The notes under the pieces are model-generated. The model saw only the letters and a list, made by a program, of their open reading frames with translations. It searched no databases and was not told the origin of the DNA. The translations under genes were made by a program, and so were the position numbers. This document shows positions 63,331 through 64,000 of a stretch of DNA of 64,000 bases, piece by piece; positions within the stretch are counted from its first letter, which is position 1, and each line of letters opens with the position of its first letter. Source of the DNA: Octopus bimaculoides (taxonomy: Eukaryota); the NCBI RefSeq assembly GCF_001194135.2, contig NC_068996.1, positions 45,814,381-45,878,380 on the forward strand, given 5' to 3'.

Positions 63331-63469
63331 TGTAGTTTGTGATGTTTTCGTAATGTTGACTTTCATTCAGCATGGAGGCTTCCTTAATCATTATATCTTC
63401 ATTATTTTGAAGTTCTGTTAGTTACTTCCATTGTGTAGTGCTTAAGTTTAAGTTAATTGAGTTACCGGA

Positions 63470-63886
63470 GATGACTAGCCAAATGCAAAAGTGAACACAT
63501 CTCCCTCAAAGGAAGAAATGAAAATCTTGATGAATTGTGCAACCAAATTGAGAACTTTCCCTACCACACCATGCATAAACAGACAGTTAGCTTAAAACTT
63601 TAGTACTACACAATGGAAGGAACTAAAAGAACTTCAAAATAATGATGATATAACAATTAAGGAAGCAGATAAAAGAAGTGCAGTTGTAATAATGGACACA
63701 TTATACTATAGAAATTTAGTAATCTCCATGCTTGATGACAATCAACATTACGAAAATATCACAAACTACAACCCACAAAAGATTATGAAAACCCTGTCCT
63801 CACTAATTCAAACCCATGGAAATGAACTGACAACCAAGGAGATTGATTTTCTAACAAAGTTTAAATGCAAGTCTAGCCTCTTCTAA
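63470..63886 (+). mobile_element. Penelope-like element reverse transcriptase N-terminal fragment
   Basis: Frame reads QWKELKELQNNDDITIKEADKRSAVVIMDTLYYRNLVISMLDDNQHY, the Penelope-type L.N..DI.IK.ADKG.AVVIMD..Y...L.D...Y signature. Stops upstream and at 63884. Confidence 0.8.
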
Positions 63887-64000
63887 ATGAAAGCATATAA
63901 AAATAACCAAAGACATACATACATACATACACCAAACCCAGGGGACCTAGAATTAGTATTTTTTCATTCTATTTTGTCTTATATATATATATATATATAT

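Overview
Repeat-rich, AT-rich animal genomic DNA with about a dozen large N-gaps. The SINE/MITE/microsatellite landscape looks like an octopod cephalopod (inference). One spliced + strand gene dominates: an inverted-formin (INF2/FHDC1-subtype) gene. Twelve coding exons are visible from 4604 to the stop at 50030-50032, encoding the distal DID/FH3, the end of FH1, a complete FH2, a DAD helix and a ~1,340-aa disordered tail, with DAD and tail in one 4.1-kb exon. The 5' exons lie upstream of the window, and at least two internal exons plus the FH1 start are probably in gaps. The rest is introns and 3' flank filled with tRNA-derived SINEs, hAT MITEs and decayed RTE, Tx1, mariner and Penelope fragments. 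Most notable hidden signals: (1) three distinct families of minimal type I hammerhead ribozyme motifs in the introns. One sits in a tRNA-headed, TSD-flanked element with a head-to-head deleted copy of itself, and half of the same motif recurs beside a Penelope RT fragment. (2) A 597-bp foldback DNA transposon with a perfect 8-bp TSD, GG-terminal TIRs and a central (CCCTAA)n/(TTAGGG)n palindrome just downstream of the stop codon. (3) A four-copy 16-aa motif and candidate microtubule/EB-binding motifs in the formin tail.
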